Virus record (IMG/VR): IMGVR_UViG_3300028628_000004
Direction: 5' to 3' (one strand)
Length of the DNA stretch: 64,000 nt
DNA from: a virus
Lineage: Duplodnaviria > Caudoviricetes
Under the pieces are notes generated by a model. That model did no database searches. It was not told the DNA's origin and worked only from the letters and a program-made list of their open reading frames with translations. Both the position numbers and the translations under genes were made by a program. Below are positions 46,565 to 57,470 of this stretch, piece after piece; positions within the stretch are counted from its first letter, which is position 1; every line of letters begins with the position of its first letter.

Positions 46565-47659
46565 ATGAAACACGAAATAGCACTGATATCTGATATTCAT
46601 TTTGGGTGTCGAGGCAATAGTGAAAAATATATTTCTACCATGGTTTCTTTCTTTAAAGAAACTTTATTTAATGTTTTAAAAACAAGAAATATAAGTGATT
46701 TAAGGATTTTGGGAGATTTATTCGATAACCGAAATGCTTTAAATGTTAGAACGATAAATGCCGTAATTGATGTATTTTCTTTTTTAGAAAAATCTCTACC
46801 AGATCTTAAGATAAAGTTGCTCATGGGAAACCACGATCAATACTATCACAATAGATATGATATTATCTCGTTGAATATATTAAGAAATTTTAGAAATATA
46901 GAAATAATTGATAAAGTAACAGAAGAAAATATAAACGGAAAAAGTATCCTTATGGTTCCGTGGATTGTTCCCGATACTTCCATTTATGAAGACTATATGA
47001 ATTATGTTAGGAGTGAGAAGAAGTTTGATTTACTCCTTGGTCATTTTGAAATCAATGGGTTTGAGGTATCGCCGGGAATAACTGATACACATGGAATACA
47101 AATTAGGCTATTTAAGAATTTCAAAAGAGTATTATCTGGTCATTATCATTTGAGAAATACTATGGATCAGATAACTTATCTCGGATGTCCTTACCAGCTA
47201 ACTTGGGGAGATTATGGTAACACAAAGGGAATACATATCTATGATATTGATTCTGGTGATACTACTTTCATAGAAAATACACTAAGTCCTAGATTTGTTA
47301 AAATATTCATGTCTGACTTAGCTGCTGGTAACAAAGAATGTCTTAATAATGTTTCTGGTAACTTTGTTAAATTGATTATTGATAAAAAATACAATGAAAC
47401 TGCTATTCATAAAGTTATTGCGTTGTTAGAGTCTCGTGGAGCCGTATTGACAATAGATAATCAATATGTAGAACAGAGCGAAATATCAACCGAAAAAAAT
47501 TCCACAGATATGTCTAAGCTACACGATCCTCTATCTTTTTTGATAGAGTATGTAAAAATAATTGATATTCCAGACGACATAAAGGATGTTATAGATAAAC
47601 AAGAGCTTGCAATTAGAGCTACAGAAATATACCGTAAGATTTTATCTGAAAAAGATTAA
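46565..47659 (+). CDS. gp47: Recombination endonuclease subunit (gp47, Mre11/SbcD-like)
   Basis: SDIHFG, GDLFD, GNHD, GHFE, SGHYH. Confidence 0.95.
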   Translation: MKHEIALISDIHFGCRGNSEKYISTMVSFFKETLFNVLKTRNISDLRILGDLFDNRNALNVRTINAVIDVFSFLEKSLPDLKIKLLMGNHDQYYHNRYDIISLNILRNFRNIEIIDKVTEENINGKSILMVPWIVPDTSIYEDYMNYVRSEKKFDLLLGHFEINGFEVSPGITDTHGIQIRLFKNFKRVLSGHYHLRNTMDQITYLGCPYQLTWGDYGNTKGIHIYDIDSGDTTFIENTLSPRFVKIFMSDLAAGNKECLNNVSGNFVKLIIDKKYNETAIHKVIALLESRGAVLTIDNQYVEQSEISTEKNSTDMSKLHDPLSFLIEYVKIIDIPDDIKDVIDKQELAIRATEIYRKILSEKD

Positions 47660-47713
47660 TCTATTTGATTTAATTGGTATGTCGTGTAAAATACTAGAAA
47701 GGCTTTAAACTTC

Positions 47714-49519
47714 ATGAAGATACTTTTTAAGCGTGTTAAGATAAAAAATTTCCTCAGTTTCGGGAATAATGAAACTGTTTTTGATTACCAAAAGGGAATC
47801 AATATTGTAACAGGAATTATTGACGGTTCTGTTACAAAGAACGGCGCTGGAAAATCAACTCTCATTGTAGATTCTATATCTTTTGCTATATATGGTAAGC
47901 CTCTACGCGGAGACTCGCATATCAACAAAGAAGAACTTATCAATAAATCAAATGGCAAGAATTGTCTTGTGGAAGTTGAGTTTAATGTTGATAACGAGGA
48001 ATTTATTGTAACTCGCGGAATAAAACCAAATATATTTACTATATTACATAACGGAAATGAAGTTAAACTAGATTCTATAAAAAATACTCAAGAATGGCTT
48101 ATTTCTAAATTAGGCGTAAGCCACACTTGCTTCTCTAATATAGTCGTACTTAATGTTAACTCATCTATTCCGTTTCTTGGCATGGATGCTATATCTAAAA
48201 GAAAAGTAATTGAAGATATTGTTTCGTTAAATATATACGGAAGAATGGCAGATACTCTTAAGCAGCAATATCTTGACGCCAAGGCAGATATTACTGTAAT
48301 TGACAACGAGATTATATCAAAATGTAAGGCGCTTCAGGTTGCACAAGAAGGAAGAGAACGTATTCTTGCACAGCAAGAATCTTTCGATAAAGAAAAAGCC
48401 CTACATATAGAAGCTATATCTGAAAAAATTAAACATATAAGAGAGTCTATTGAATCAACCAAATTAAAGATAGCTGATATAGATTATCAATCTTTACTTG
48501 ATTCTAATTCAATGTCAATAAAGGACGTTCAATCTAAGCTGGGACTTTTGTCTAATAAGAGAGTCGAGGTTAATAAGAATATAAGAGACGCTTCTGTTAA
48601 CCTTGAAAATCTTGAACATAGTACTTCATGTCCAACTTGCAAAACCGTATTAGCAGAATCACCAATGGCTCAGAAATTCATTAATGAGTGTAAAGAAACT
48701 ATAGAAGCTTCTAATATTTTATTAAAAAATATTAACAGTAAAATTTCTATTGGCAAGTCCAAGATAGAAGAGTTAGAAGAATCTGCTCGTAAAATACGAC
48801 GTGATATGTCAACACAATCTGAATTAAAATCAGATCTAAATAATCTTTATGTTAACTTGAAGATGCGTGAAGAAGAATTAGAGAGAGAAAATAATAGAGT
48901 CCTTGACTTATCAAATACAATATCAGAAGAAAAAATAAAAGAGTATAAGGATTCATTGGCGTTATCAGAACAAAACCTAAAGGAAACAAATAAGAAGTTT
49001 GCTTACTCTAAGCTTCTACGCAATATACTGGGCGAAGACGGCATACGAAAATTCGTTCTTAATAATATAATTCCTCACTTTAATAATAAGATTAACCATT
49101 ACCTTAAAGTTATGGGAAGCGACTACAGCTTGATATTTGATACTAACCTAACTGAAAGTATCATATCAAGAAATAGAGATATTAGGACATATGGAAACTT
49201 CTCATCTGGGGAAAAGAAGAGAATAGACTTGTCTATACTTCTTGCTTTGATGGATGTTGCTAAAATGCAAAATTCAGTTGACACAAACTTATTTGTACTT
49301 GATGAAGTGTTGGACACATCAATGGATAATGATGGCGTTGAATGTTTCTTAGAGTATCTTCGAAATGATTTCAAGAAGATGTATCCTGATAAGTGTGTTT
49401 ATATAATTACACACAGAAATGATGTTTCTGGTGACACTTTTGATAGAATGATATATCTAAGAAAAGTTAAATCGTTTACGACTATTGATAAAATAGTCGA
49501 ATTCCACACTGAAGATTAA
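47714..49519 (+). CDS. gp46: Recombination endonuclease ATPase subunit (gp46, Rad50/SbcC-like)
   Basis: KNFLSFG, NGAGKST, CPTC hook, FSSGEK, LDEVLD, ITH. Confidence 0.95.
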   Translation: MKILFKRVKIKNFLSFGNNETVFDYQKGINIVTGIIDGSVTKNGAGKSTLIVDSISFAIYGKPLRGDSHINKEELINKSNGKNCLVEVEFNVDNEEFIVTRGIKPNIFTILHNGNEVKLDSIKNTQEWLISKLGVSHTCFSNIVVLNVNSSIPFLGMDAISKRKVIEDIVSLNIYGRMADTLKQQYLDAKADITVIDNEIISKCKALQVAQEGRERILAQQESFDKEKALHIEAISEKIKHIRESIESTKLKIADIDYQSLLDSNSMSIKDVQSKLGLLSNKRVEVNKNIRDASVNLENLEHSTSCPTCKTVLAESPMAQKFINECKETIEASNILLKNINSKISIGKSKIEELEESARKIRRDMSTQSELKSDLNNLYVNLKMREEELERENNRVLDLSNTISEEKIKEYKDSLALSEQNLKETNKKFAYSKLLRNILGEDGIRKFVLNNIIPHFNNKINHYLKVMGSDYSLIFDTNLTESIISRNRDIRTYGNFSSGEKKRIDLSILLALMDVAKMQNSVDTNLFVLDEVLDTSMDNDGVECFLEYLRNDFKKMYPDKCVYIITHRNDVSGDTFDRMIYLRKVKSFTTIDKIVEFHTED

Positions 49520-50148
49520 GCTTTTACATTAAAGTCAATAACTTTAGGTATCTTATCTGCGTCTATGTAGCACATAAGTTTCTCACGGTTTCCCTCTGGG
49601 TCGTTTGTAACAACAACTACAACACTATAGTTTCTATCTTTAGATCTATCTCTTGGATTTGTTCCATCAGATATTCTTCTTATACCTGGGTTAAACTTCA
49701 TAGCATCATAAAATTGCTTAATAAATGGTTCCATCATTTTCTTCATGACGGCTCTATCTATAAGAACTATTCTGTTATTCAAAAACTTTATAGCTAAGTA
49801 ATCTGCTTTACTTAGTAAATCTCTACCAGGGGTTTTGTCTCTGTAGTTAATGTAATATTCAAAAATAATATCTTTATTACTATTTGGATCAAGTCTTGAC
49901 TTTATAGTTATAGACTTCTTGCTATCGTCATTTTCAACTATCCATCCATCTATTTTTAGATTATGATCTTCATCATAGGTAGGCGCTATAACATCCTTTA
50001 TCTTACCGGGATATTTCTTGTTGAGAGCAGCTTTAAGCCACTTACGGACAAATACTTCATCAGCATTTCCTTGACCTCTTGTGTCAATATAACCAGCTTC
50101 AGTTATTTGGTTATATGTATTCTTCAAACTTTCAAGTATTTTATCCAT
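49516..50148 (-). CDS. Putative PD-(D/E)XK nuclease-like late protein
   Basis: G..DE, ED...IDGW...ITIKSR; TATAAATA at 50185-50192. Confidence 0.45.
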   Translation of the reverse strand: MDKILESLKNTYNQITEAGYIDTRGQGNADEVFVRKWLKAALNKKYPGKIKDVIAPTYDEDHNLKIDGWIVENDDSKKSITIKSRLDPNSNKDIIFEYYINYRDKTPGRDLLSKADYLAIKFLNNRIVLIDRAVMKKMMEPFIKQFYDAMKFNPGIRRISDGTNPRDRSKDRNYSVVVVVTNDPEGNREKLMCYIDADKIPKVIDFNVKA

Positions 50149-50538
50149 GCTAAGTTACTCCTAAGTTACTTATAGTTACTAACTTATTTATAGTAATATT
50201 TTTATATAACTATTTTATAATAACTTACATACTTAAAGTAACTTATCTTCCTGTAGAAATATTACATATGTAGACAATAATCCAACCACATTCATCATGA
50301 GGTTTTCATTTATATGTGTCATACTCCATCTATAGTATGGAGAACCCATTCACGGCTGGGTGACTTATATTTACCGCCAAGATTTTGTTTTTATCTTGAC
50401 TAAGCTTTCACTTAGTCAGTAAGTATATGGTGTCAAATCTTAACAACCTACCATACACTCACTCCTGCTGTCCTTTTTTAACGAGTGAGGACTAACTTAG
50501 GAAACTCGTAAATACATTTTATCATGTAATTCTCATAT

Positions 50539-51981
50539 TCAAGGAACTCTTATTATTTCCGGTAATTTATTGTTGCTATTTTTTCTATTAATAACTATAA
50601 AAATAACGGGAATAAAAAGATTTTCACGACTTAGAAACATGGCAGTAGTAGTCTTAAAATATGGGAATGTTTTTGACCATTTTTTAAATAATTTTATACC
50701 ACTTTCAACAAATGCGTCTGCGTGACCGCCTGATAAATTGCCCTGACCATCTGAAAGGTGATGACAATCAGCATCTATAGCGAAATTTTTATACCCCATA
50801 GATAATGCCTGTAAGCATATGTCTGCGCCGTACCAATGGTAGTGATCAAATGTTTCTTGATCAAATCTAAAAGGAGAGTCTTTTCTCATTATCAGCGATA
50901 ACTCATCAATAGTTTGAACTTCTCTGTAGTTTCCATAAACTTCACGGTATATAGCTGCATAAGACTTTTTTGAGTTTTTCGTTAAATCCGACAGATAGAG
51001 AGCATTTCCGTCTTTATCAGGCGTAAACTCACTACTATACTTATAAGCCCCAGCCATTCCTAATATACCCCATCTTATTCTATTCTTAGCAAAATTTGTT
51101 ACATGATTCAGAATACCTTCTACCCATGCTCCATTTACTCTTAAATCTTGATGACAGAGATTAACTATAACACCATCGGCTAAATCTAATGCTATATTAA
51201 GTGGCTCAGCACATCCCGTAAACTCGTTGTTGAAATTGGGAACTGCTATTATTTCAAATTTATAATCTGTTCTCTGTGATAGAAGATCAGAAAGAAAATC
51301 CTTATACTGTAATTCATTATTAACTAAAGTGGCTATTGTAAAATGAACGTCTTTTTTAACTCTAAAATTTAATATATCTTTCTTCAGAGATTCTTTATTT
51401 AAATCACTAATAACAAATGGACAAGGAAGCGATATTTTATTATTAAACGAATACCTAGCTATAAAGGTTATAAAATCATAATCAAATAAAACATTATCGC
51501 TTATACTCAAAAGCAGATGTGTTTCTTTAGTTTTATAATTAGGATCGTCCACAAATATTACATTTGTATATTTTGTAGTAGTTAATATCTTATTCTTATA
51601 TTCTTCTTTGTTAGATCCGTTAATGGCAATATATATTGGTGGTTTTTTACCCCTTGGGTATCTTGTAACGTAATTTATAGACTCTGTAATGTTTGTTATA
51701 TTCGAGTCTAAAATAGGTTTCTCTTGTAATCTCATGGCATATTCACTTGAATTTGAGTTTGCGTTTATAAAAGCCCGAAGCTTATGCATCGGGTTAGCTT
51801 TTAAAAACTTCGGCATATGTTTTACATGTTTATCATAGTCTAGGTCGGTTACTTCTTTTAATGCTCTGTAATTTTTCAAATTATCTGGTCCCTCGACAAT
51901 CGACCCTGCTGGAATTGAAATCCTTCTACCTTTCATTAAGATATTAATTTCCCTATCACTTATATTTCTAAATTTAGCCAT
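50539..51981 (-). CDS. Glycosyltransferase-like protein (C-terminal GT-A domain)
   Basis: CHQDL, GMAG, VQTIDE, FD..HWYGADICL, H.S. Confidence 0.7.
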   Translation of the reverse strand: MAKFRNISDREINILMKGRRISIPAGSIVEGPDNLKNYRALKEVTDLDYDKHVKHMPKFLKANPMHKLRAFINANSNSSEYAMRLQEKPILDSNITNITESINYVTRYPRGKKPPIYIAINGSNKEEYKNKILTTTKYTNVIFVDDPNYKTKETHLLLSISDNVLFDYDFITFIARYSFNNKISLPCPFVISDLNKESLKKDILNFRVKKDVHFTIATLVNNELQYKDFLSDLLSQRTDYKFEIIAVPNFNNEFTGCAEPLNIALDLADGVIVNLCHQDLRVNGAWVEGILNHVTNFAKNRIRWGILGMAGAYKYSSEFTPDKDGNALYLSDLTKNSKKSYAAIYREVYGNYREVQTIDELSLIMRKDSPFRFDQETFDHYHWYGADICLQALSMGYKNFAIDADCHHLSDGQGNLSGGHADAFVESGIKLFKKWSKTFPYFKTTTAMFLSRENLFIPVIFIVINRKNSNNKLPEIIRVP

Positions 51982-53443
51982 TGATATTAATATCCTTCTT
52001 AGTTACCTTAAAGTTATTTGCCTCGTAATACTTTATTCGCTTTTTCGAGTGTTGTTGTGAGAACTTAAGATTTTCACAGAAATCATAGAGATTAAGTTTA
52101 GTTTTCGTGGAGTGTAATCTAAGACCTCTACCAACAGACTGGAGAGTTTGAATTTTACTCTTACCAGCCGAAGCAAATATAACAGTATGAAGTCTATTAA
52201 TAGAAACACCAGTGGAGTAAACACCAACCGTAGCCACAATGACAGTTCCACCAGTTTTCTCTACGTCTCTTCTAATATCATTTCTATCGTTTATTTTCGT
52301 TTCACCAGTAACAACTTCAACATCAACGCTCATATCATCGAGAATTTTAAATAAAGTTTTTGAATGATCAATTTTCTTAACCAGTATTAACACATTCATA
52401 TTCTTCTTTACATATTCATTGGCTATTTTGCAAATTATTTTATTTCTCTTCTCGTCGCTTTCAATGTATTCCTTTTCCGCAGTAAAATCATCGAATATCA
52501 TTTTACTAGTAATTGATTCTGGGTAGTTGATATTAACAACCGTTATATCTATATCAGAAATCTGTTTAGCTTCTTGAAGTTCAGTATATCCTACTTTATC
52601 AATGACTGGACCAAGAACACCCTCAACGAGCATGTAATCTGATTTAACATCTGGCATCGTCCCCGTGAATCCTAGACGAACATCTGCATTTACCATCTTT
52701 TCAGCAACCGACCTGACTACATCGGCTTTAAGACCATGACACTCATCGACTATTAAAACAGAAAACTGCTTAAGAATTTCCTTTTGCTTATGCATGGATT
52801 GCCATGTAGAAACAATAAACGGTTGTTCGGTGTCTTTTTGGTATCCGCAGAATTTACCAATAAGATTGGCATCTATACCATATGTTACAAGATTTTCAGC
52901 AAACTGTTCTATTAGATCAAGTTTGGGAACAAGAATAAGTATTTTGTTTTCCTTGTTTTTCTGGTAAAGATAGTTTACTGTCAAGCTTATAGTAAGGGAC
53001 TTTCCGCTAGAAGTAACATGCTCACAAATACCCCTACCAAAATATAAACTCTTCAAAGCCCCTCTAAACTGATGAACATACGGAACCATTTTTGAATTAA
53101 GGGTATCTTCGGTTACTTTAAAAAAATCCCTCTTAAGATCATCTGTATTTTTTTCAATGTTATAATTTGGATCAACTTGAACGTCATATATATCATCATT
53201 TCTTACATATTTAAGAAGACGATGAAAAATACCATTATAAAAAGTCCCATCAAAGTTAATAAACCTTATTTTACCGTCCCATCTTCCAGATTTATAAGCA
53301 GGCATAAACCAATAGTTCTCAACTGGAACTGAGAATTTTTTAATAGCAGCTTCCAATACACGAGGGTCATCACACAGTAGTTGACCGTGGACATGATCTA
53401 ATTTAACAAAAGTAATCTTGGGCTTAGTTGACTCTGAATCCAT
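51974..53443 (-). CDS. uvsW: SF2 helicase UvsW
   Basis: WDGKI, TSSGKS, STWQS, DECH, GFTGT, LQSVGRGLR. Confidence 0.95.
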   Translation of the reverse strand: MDSESTKPKITFVKLDHVHGQLLCDDPRVLEAAIKKFSVPVENYWFMPAYKSGRWDGKIRFINFDGTFYNGIFHRLLKYVRNDDIYDVQVDPNYNIEKNTDDLKRDFFKVTEDTLNSKMVPYVHQFRGALKSLYFGRGICEHVTSSGKSLTISLTVNYLYQKNKENKILILVPKLDLIEQFAENLVTYGIDANLIGKFCGYQKDTEQPFIVSTWQSMHKQKEILKQFSVLIVDECHGLKADVVRSVAEKMVNADVRLGFTGTMPDVKSDYMLVEGVLGPVIDKVGYTELQEAKQISDIDITVVNINYPESITSKMIFDDFTAEKEYIESDEKRNKIICKIANEYVKKNMNVLILVKKIDHSKTLFKILDDMSVDVEVVTGETKINDRNDIRRDVEKTGGTVIVATVGVYSTGVSINRLHTVIFASAGKSKIQTLQSVGRGLRLHSTKTKLNLYDFCENLKFSQQHSKKRIKYYEANNFKVTKKDINING

Positions 53444-53457
53444 CGTCAACTATTATA

Positions 53458-53970
53458 TCATGTCCCTCGTTCTATTTTCCTATATTCTAATATATAGCGT
53501 AATCCGTAACTTTTAGTCTTCACATTATCTACAGCACGTTCTAAGAACTCTAGGTATTCGGAATATGAATCAAGGAAACTTTTAGCCCTAGCGATTTTAG
53601 TACTACGAATAACCGCCCCGTCAAGTTCGGTATTTGTGCGGAACATCTTAGGGTTCATTTTAGCATTGTCAACCTCTTGAGCATAAAATCTATCATATTT
53701 GTTTTTATATATGTTATAGACGTGCTTCTCCCTAGCCAATGCTTCGCTGTATCTTGATAAAGCAGAATGACACTTGATCATTTCTCTCTCTATATTTGAT
53801 CCCTCACCATTATCGTATTCCATTACTCGTTTAACATCATCCCTCAATTTTGTAACCTTTTCATCGTGCTTAGCCTCTAGGCTTTTTACTATTTCATCAC
53901 ATTCACCCTGCAATACCTGAAACTCACTATCTGTCATAAACCTGTTGTCTAGCTTATTCACATCGTTCAT
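53458..53970 (-). CDS. uvsY: Recombination mediator UvsY-like
   Basis: Helical, FLE......K..Y.LR...EYRK...G; adjacent to uvsW. Confidence 0.65.
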   Translation of the reverse strand: MNDVNKLDNRFMTDSEFQVLQGECDEIVKSLEAKHDEKVTKLRDDVKRVMEYDNGEGSNIEREMIKCHSALSRYSEALAREKHVYNIYKNKYDRFYAQEVDNAKMNPKMFRTNTELDGAVIRSTKIARAKSFLDSYSEYLEFLERAVDNVKTKSYGLRYILEYRKIERGT

Positions 53971-54065
53971 AATATCTCCTGATAGATTTATATTATATTA
54001 CTTTTGGTCTGGTTATATAATATATTATAAATAACTTTGTAATAAAAGATATAATAAACTCTATT

Positions 54066-54419
54066 ATGACAAATACATTAGATGAAACTATAGAATTAAT
54101 AGAAAAGATAGAAATGCCCGTTGTAACCAATGAGGTAGTGGAAGAGGTAATATCTACCTTAATAAGTCATGACAAGGACATGGAGCCTCTGCTTGATATT
54201 ATATTAAAACTCATAAAAGACACTCCAGATGGAAAAGACAAAACATATTTTATGACTAAGTTGCTTAAGTTTTATGGAATAAACAATACGGATATCTTAG
54301 CTACCAGACAGAAATTTGTCATAGAGTCTGGAATGCTCGTAAAAATCCCATTTCTTAAAAAGAATCAAAAAGAATGTCTGATGATTCTTTTAGACCAATT
54401 AAATGTAAAGGTGGTATAG
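54066..54419 (+). CDS. Hypothetical protein
   Basis: 117-aa ORF after the strand switch. Confidence 0.65.
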   Translation: MTNTLDETIELIEKIEMPVVTNEVVEEVISTLISHDKDMEPLLDIILKLIKDTPDGKDKTYFMTKLLKFYGINNTDILATRQKFVIESGMLVKIPFLKKNQKECLMILLDQLNVKVV

Positions 54420-54420
54420 A

Positions 54421-55317
54421 ATGAGTTTCAAGAAATTCGTTGTAGAAAATACAGTCACCCCCCAATCTCCCCCATCAGAAGGCGTTCCAGCAACGCCACA
54501 GGGTCAAAGATGGGACGTGGTATTGTTTGCGGGTGATTACAACCCAATAACGCGAGAAGAGTATTCCAGAGTCCGTCAATTCGTCAACGGATTCCTAAAG
54601 AAACCAGAAAACGCTCCTAAGTTCAACAAAAAAGTCGATATTGGTCTTCTCATAGACTATGAAGAGAAGAAAGATAACATTCTTTCCAATAAAGAGAACT
54701 ATATTTTATCACTAGAAGAGAGAAACTTCATATCAACATCTATGTTTGGACTAAAGATATATCCAGTAAAGTTTGATGAGATGGTATATCTATTGAAGTC
54801 ATCTAAAGAAGACTTCGAAGCTAAACAAGAGCTTGTTAATAAAGTCAACGAAATGGTAGTTAAATTAAAGGAAGACTTCTATTCATCTAATGTTTTGATA
54901 GTTTTACGACCTGAACACGCTAAGGATCTAGGCGACCTTAAGGAAATAGTCGCCTTAGCCCGTGGTGGAATAAACATAGGATTTGTTGTTTTTGAACACG
55001 AACCTCTTGAACAAAGTGATATATTCAGTAGCACTATACCAATGACAGGCGATATTATCAAGGCTATATGTATACTTGACAGGGATAGACCAAACCCAGA
55101 ATATCTCAAGGCATTTGCTCACAAATACAAGCTTAGTCATGTTTTTGATGCTATAAAGCGCATTCACTTTAAGGTCGATAACGAGAAGTATATACTTGCT
55201 TTCCGTCTAGTTTTCCCTGATATATCAATATTCAGTGCAGACGATTCGGCAGCGGAATCTAATAGCCGCGTGATGCTTGAGTTAATAAAAAATATGTATT
55301 TGAAGAATGATGAGTAA
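54421..55317 (+). CDS. Hypothetical protein, degenerate HIGH-fold-like, possible head protein
   Basis: MSFKKFVVE leader; VLFAGDYNPIT without HxGH. Confidence 0.55.
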   Translation: MSFKKFVVENTVTPQSPPSEGVPATPQGQRWDVVLFAGDYNPITREEYSRVRQFVNGFLKKPENAPKFNKKVDIGLLIDYEEKKDNILSNKENYILSLEERNFISTSMFGLKIYPVKFDEMVYLLKSSKEDFEAKQELVNKVNEMVVKLKEDFYSSNVLIVLRPEHAKDLGDLKEIVALARGGINIGFVVFEHEPLEQSDIFSSTIPMTGDIIKAICILDRDRPNPEYLKAFAHKYKLSHVFDAIKRIHFKVDNEKYILAFRLVFPDISIFSADDSAAESNSRVMLELIKNMYLKNDE

Positions 55318-55354
55318 AATCATATAAATATATCTAAGATAATAGGAGTATCAT

Positions 55355-57445
55355 ATGTCATCTAATTGCCCTTATTGCGGATCTAAGAAGGTTTCGAAGA
55401 CTTTCAACTTCAACGAGTTCGCATGTGAAATGTGCGAAAGCGACTTCAAACTAACCGAAAGCGGCATACGCATATTCCGTGAAGGGTCTTGGAGTTCCCT
55501 CTGCCTGAAGTCTCTTCAGGAGATGGCAAACCGCGTCAGTGGGGCTGCGGTAACAGATATTTTGTCAAGAACCCTCAAGGCAGCAGCTAAGAAGTCACCC
55601 AATGACATTGATGTGGTCATTGAGAGTCTTACCAGTATAGCAGCCACACTCCACTCTGAGTGGAAGATGGGATTACGTCAGGTAAACGACTTTACTGTTG
55701 TTATGGAAGGAATCCAGGCATTTGAAAAGGCTGCATTATCACTCAAGAAGCGTGAAAAGGAGTTAAATCTTAATATTCGCATTGATGAGTCGTGGGGCGT
55801 TGAGGAAGATGCTATTGATCAGGTAAATGTCGATCCAGTTGATATTGGCGAAGATCCCGCAAGTACAATTACTCCACCACCCGGAGTGCCAATAGACGGA
55901 GAAATAGGTGGAGAGATAGAAGAAGCTGATGTTCCAGCCCCAGAAGATGGCGCAGAAACTCCCGATGCCGAAACGGATGATCTTGATGCCATGCTCAACG
56001 AGCCAGCCGCAGAAGAACCCGCTGCTGAAGAGCCAGTAGCCGAAGACCCTGCTACTGAATTACCTGAAGCACCCGTAGCCGATGCTGGTCCTTCACAAGA
56101 CAAGATCAACGATCTTATAGTCAAGGCAAGTGAACTCACTGCTGCTCTGGCTACACTCAAGACAGAAGAGCCAGTTGAAGCTCCTGAAGTTGAAGTATCT
56201 CCAGAGGAACCTGCTGTTGAAGAACCAGCAGTTGAAGAACCAGCAGTTGAAGAACCTGTTGCAGAAGAACCTGCTGAAGAGTCAGAACCAGAAGGCGAAG
56301 CTGCTCCAGAAGGTGAGTCAGCCCCAGCAGAAGATTCCGACTCTGAAATAGATGACATACTTAATAACTCTTACAGCCGCATGGGCAAGCATATCTATGC
56401 CGATATTCTTGACGAGGCTGCCAAGAAGAAAAAGAACATGAACAAGCCAACAACTCGCGGCGAAAATACGAAGGCATCATACCGTCGTAAGATAGACAAC
56501 CGCGAAGCTGATAAGAGTGACACTTTCCAGACCGACATGGACGCCGAAGAGAAGGAAGAAAAGATTCCTTTCACTGAAGCTCCAGCAGAAGAAATGGAGA
56601 AGACACAGAATAAGGGACTCGGAACCAGCAAAGGCAAGACCCCATCAAATAAGGATTTTGAAATGAAGAAAGAATCTCGTGAAGGATTCAATGGATACCG
56701 CGTAGGTGACGAAGTTATCCTTGAAAAGTCTAACGATACATGGAAGATAGCTGAGATTGATAGAAATATCTTCACTCTCGTTCGTGGTGCCACTGCTACT
56801 GTTATAGACACTTTCAAGGAAGATATTCGCCATGCCGACACTCGTTTGGAGTGGCAGAGGACCAATGAACTCGTCAAGGAATCAGCAAATCGCTGGTCGC
56901 AGGTAGAGAAGAACTACACCACGACCAATGAAGCGTGTGTTGGTGGAGTATGTGGTCTTGGTGGTGGAAACCGTCTTGGTGGTGAGAAGGTTGGAATGGG
57001 CAATATGTTGCTCTCCCCAATAACTTCAATTCCAACACAGGGAAATATTCCTTCCTCAAAGGCACCAAAAACTCAGATATATAAGTTTATCAAGGATAAC
57101 GACCTTCATCGCTGCCAGCGTGAAGTAGCTATTCCTCGCTTGAGCGAAACTTTCACCAATCCTATTGAGGAAATGGAACAGATACTTGATGACGCTGTTC
57201 TTTCGGAATCTGATGGTCAGACTGAGAGTATTGACGGTATCTACGAATACAAGGCAGCACCTATTGGCGAACATGCTCGTAAGGATGCTTTCTCGAAGGG
57301 ATGGCAGCAAGTCAATGAGAGTGAAGAGAAGCCAGCCCCTAAGAAGGTTGTTCCTCTCGCTGGTGTTGGCTACTACAGAACCAAAGAGAACGACATCATC
57401 GACACTCTTGGAAGGACTGCCGCTGAAAGACTCTTGGGAGAATAA
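55355..57445 (+). CDS. Acidic late protein with N-terminal Zn ribbon and EEPA repeats (scaffold/core-like)
   Basis: CPYC..CEMC; EEPAV repeats; TATAAATA at 55323-55330; AGGAG RBS. Confidence 0.7.
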   Translation: MSSNCPYCGSKKVSKTFNFNEFACEMCESDFKLTESGIRIFREGSWSSLCLKSLQEMANRVSGAAVTDILSRTLKAAAKKSPNDIDVVIESLTSIAATLHSEWKMGLRQVNDFTVVMEGIQAFEKAALSLKKREKELNLNIRIDESWGVEEDAIDQVNVDPVDIGEDPASTITPPPGVPIDGEIGGEIEEADVPAPEDGAETPDAETDDLDAMLNEPAAEEPAAEEPVAEDPATELPEAPVADAGPSQDKINDLIVKASELTAALATLKTEEPVEAPEVEVSPEEPAVEEPAVEEPAVEEPVAEEPAEESEPEGEAAPEGESAPAEDSDSEIDDILNNSYSRMGKHIYADILDEAAKKKKNMNKPTTRGENTKASYRRKIDNREADKSDTFQTDMDAEEKEEKIPFTEAPAEEMEKTQNKGLGTSKGKTPSNKDFEMKKESREGFNGYRVGDEVILEKSNDTWKIAEIDRNIFTLVRGATATVIDTFKEDIRHADTRLEWQRTNELVKESANRWSQVEKNYTTTNEACVGGVCGLGGGNRLGGEKVGMGNMLLSPITSIPTQGNIPSSKAPKTQIYKFIKDNDLHRCQREVAIPRLSETFTNPIEEMEQILDDAVLSESDGQTESIDGIYEYKAAPIGEHARKDAFSKGWQQVNESEEKPAPKKVVPLAGVGYYRTKENDIIDTLGRTAAERLLGE
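56205..56282 (+). repeat. Coding tandem repeat, 15-nt unit (GAAGAACC-based, EEPAV/EEPVA) x~5
   Basis: gaggaacctgctgtt gaagaaccagcagtt gaagaaccagcagtt gaagaacctgttgca gaagaacctgctgaa. Confidence 0.85.
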
Positions 57446-57470
57446 TATCTCCTGATACAATAGGAGCTAT

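Noticed and set aside
56000-56290. Periodic repeats considered as a CRISPR array
   Set aside because: In-frame 15-nt coding units (EEPAx) without unique spacers; no cas genes.
55819-56358. Ser/Ala/Gly-rich antisense ORF, and similar shadow ORFs across the window
   Set aside because: Reverse-frame products of repetitive or biased coding sequence on the other strand.
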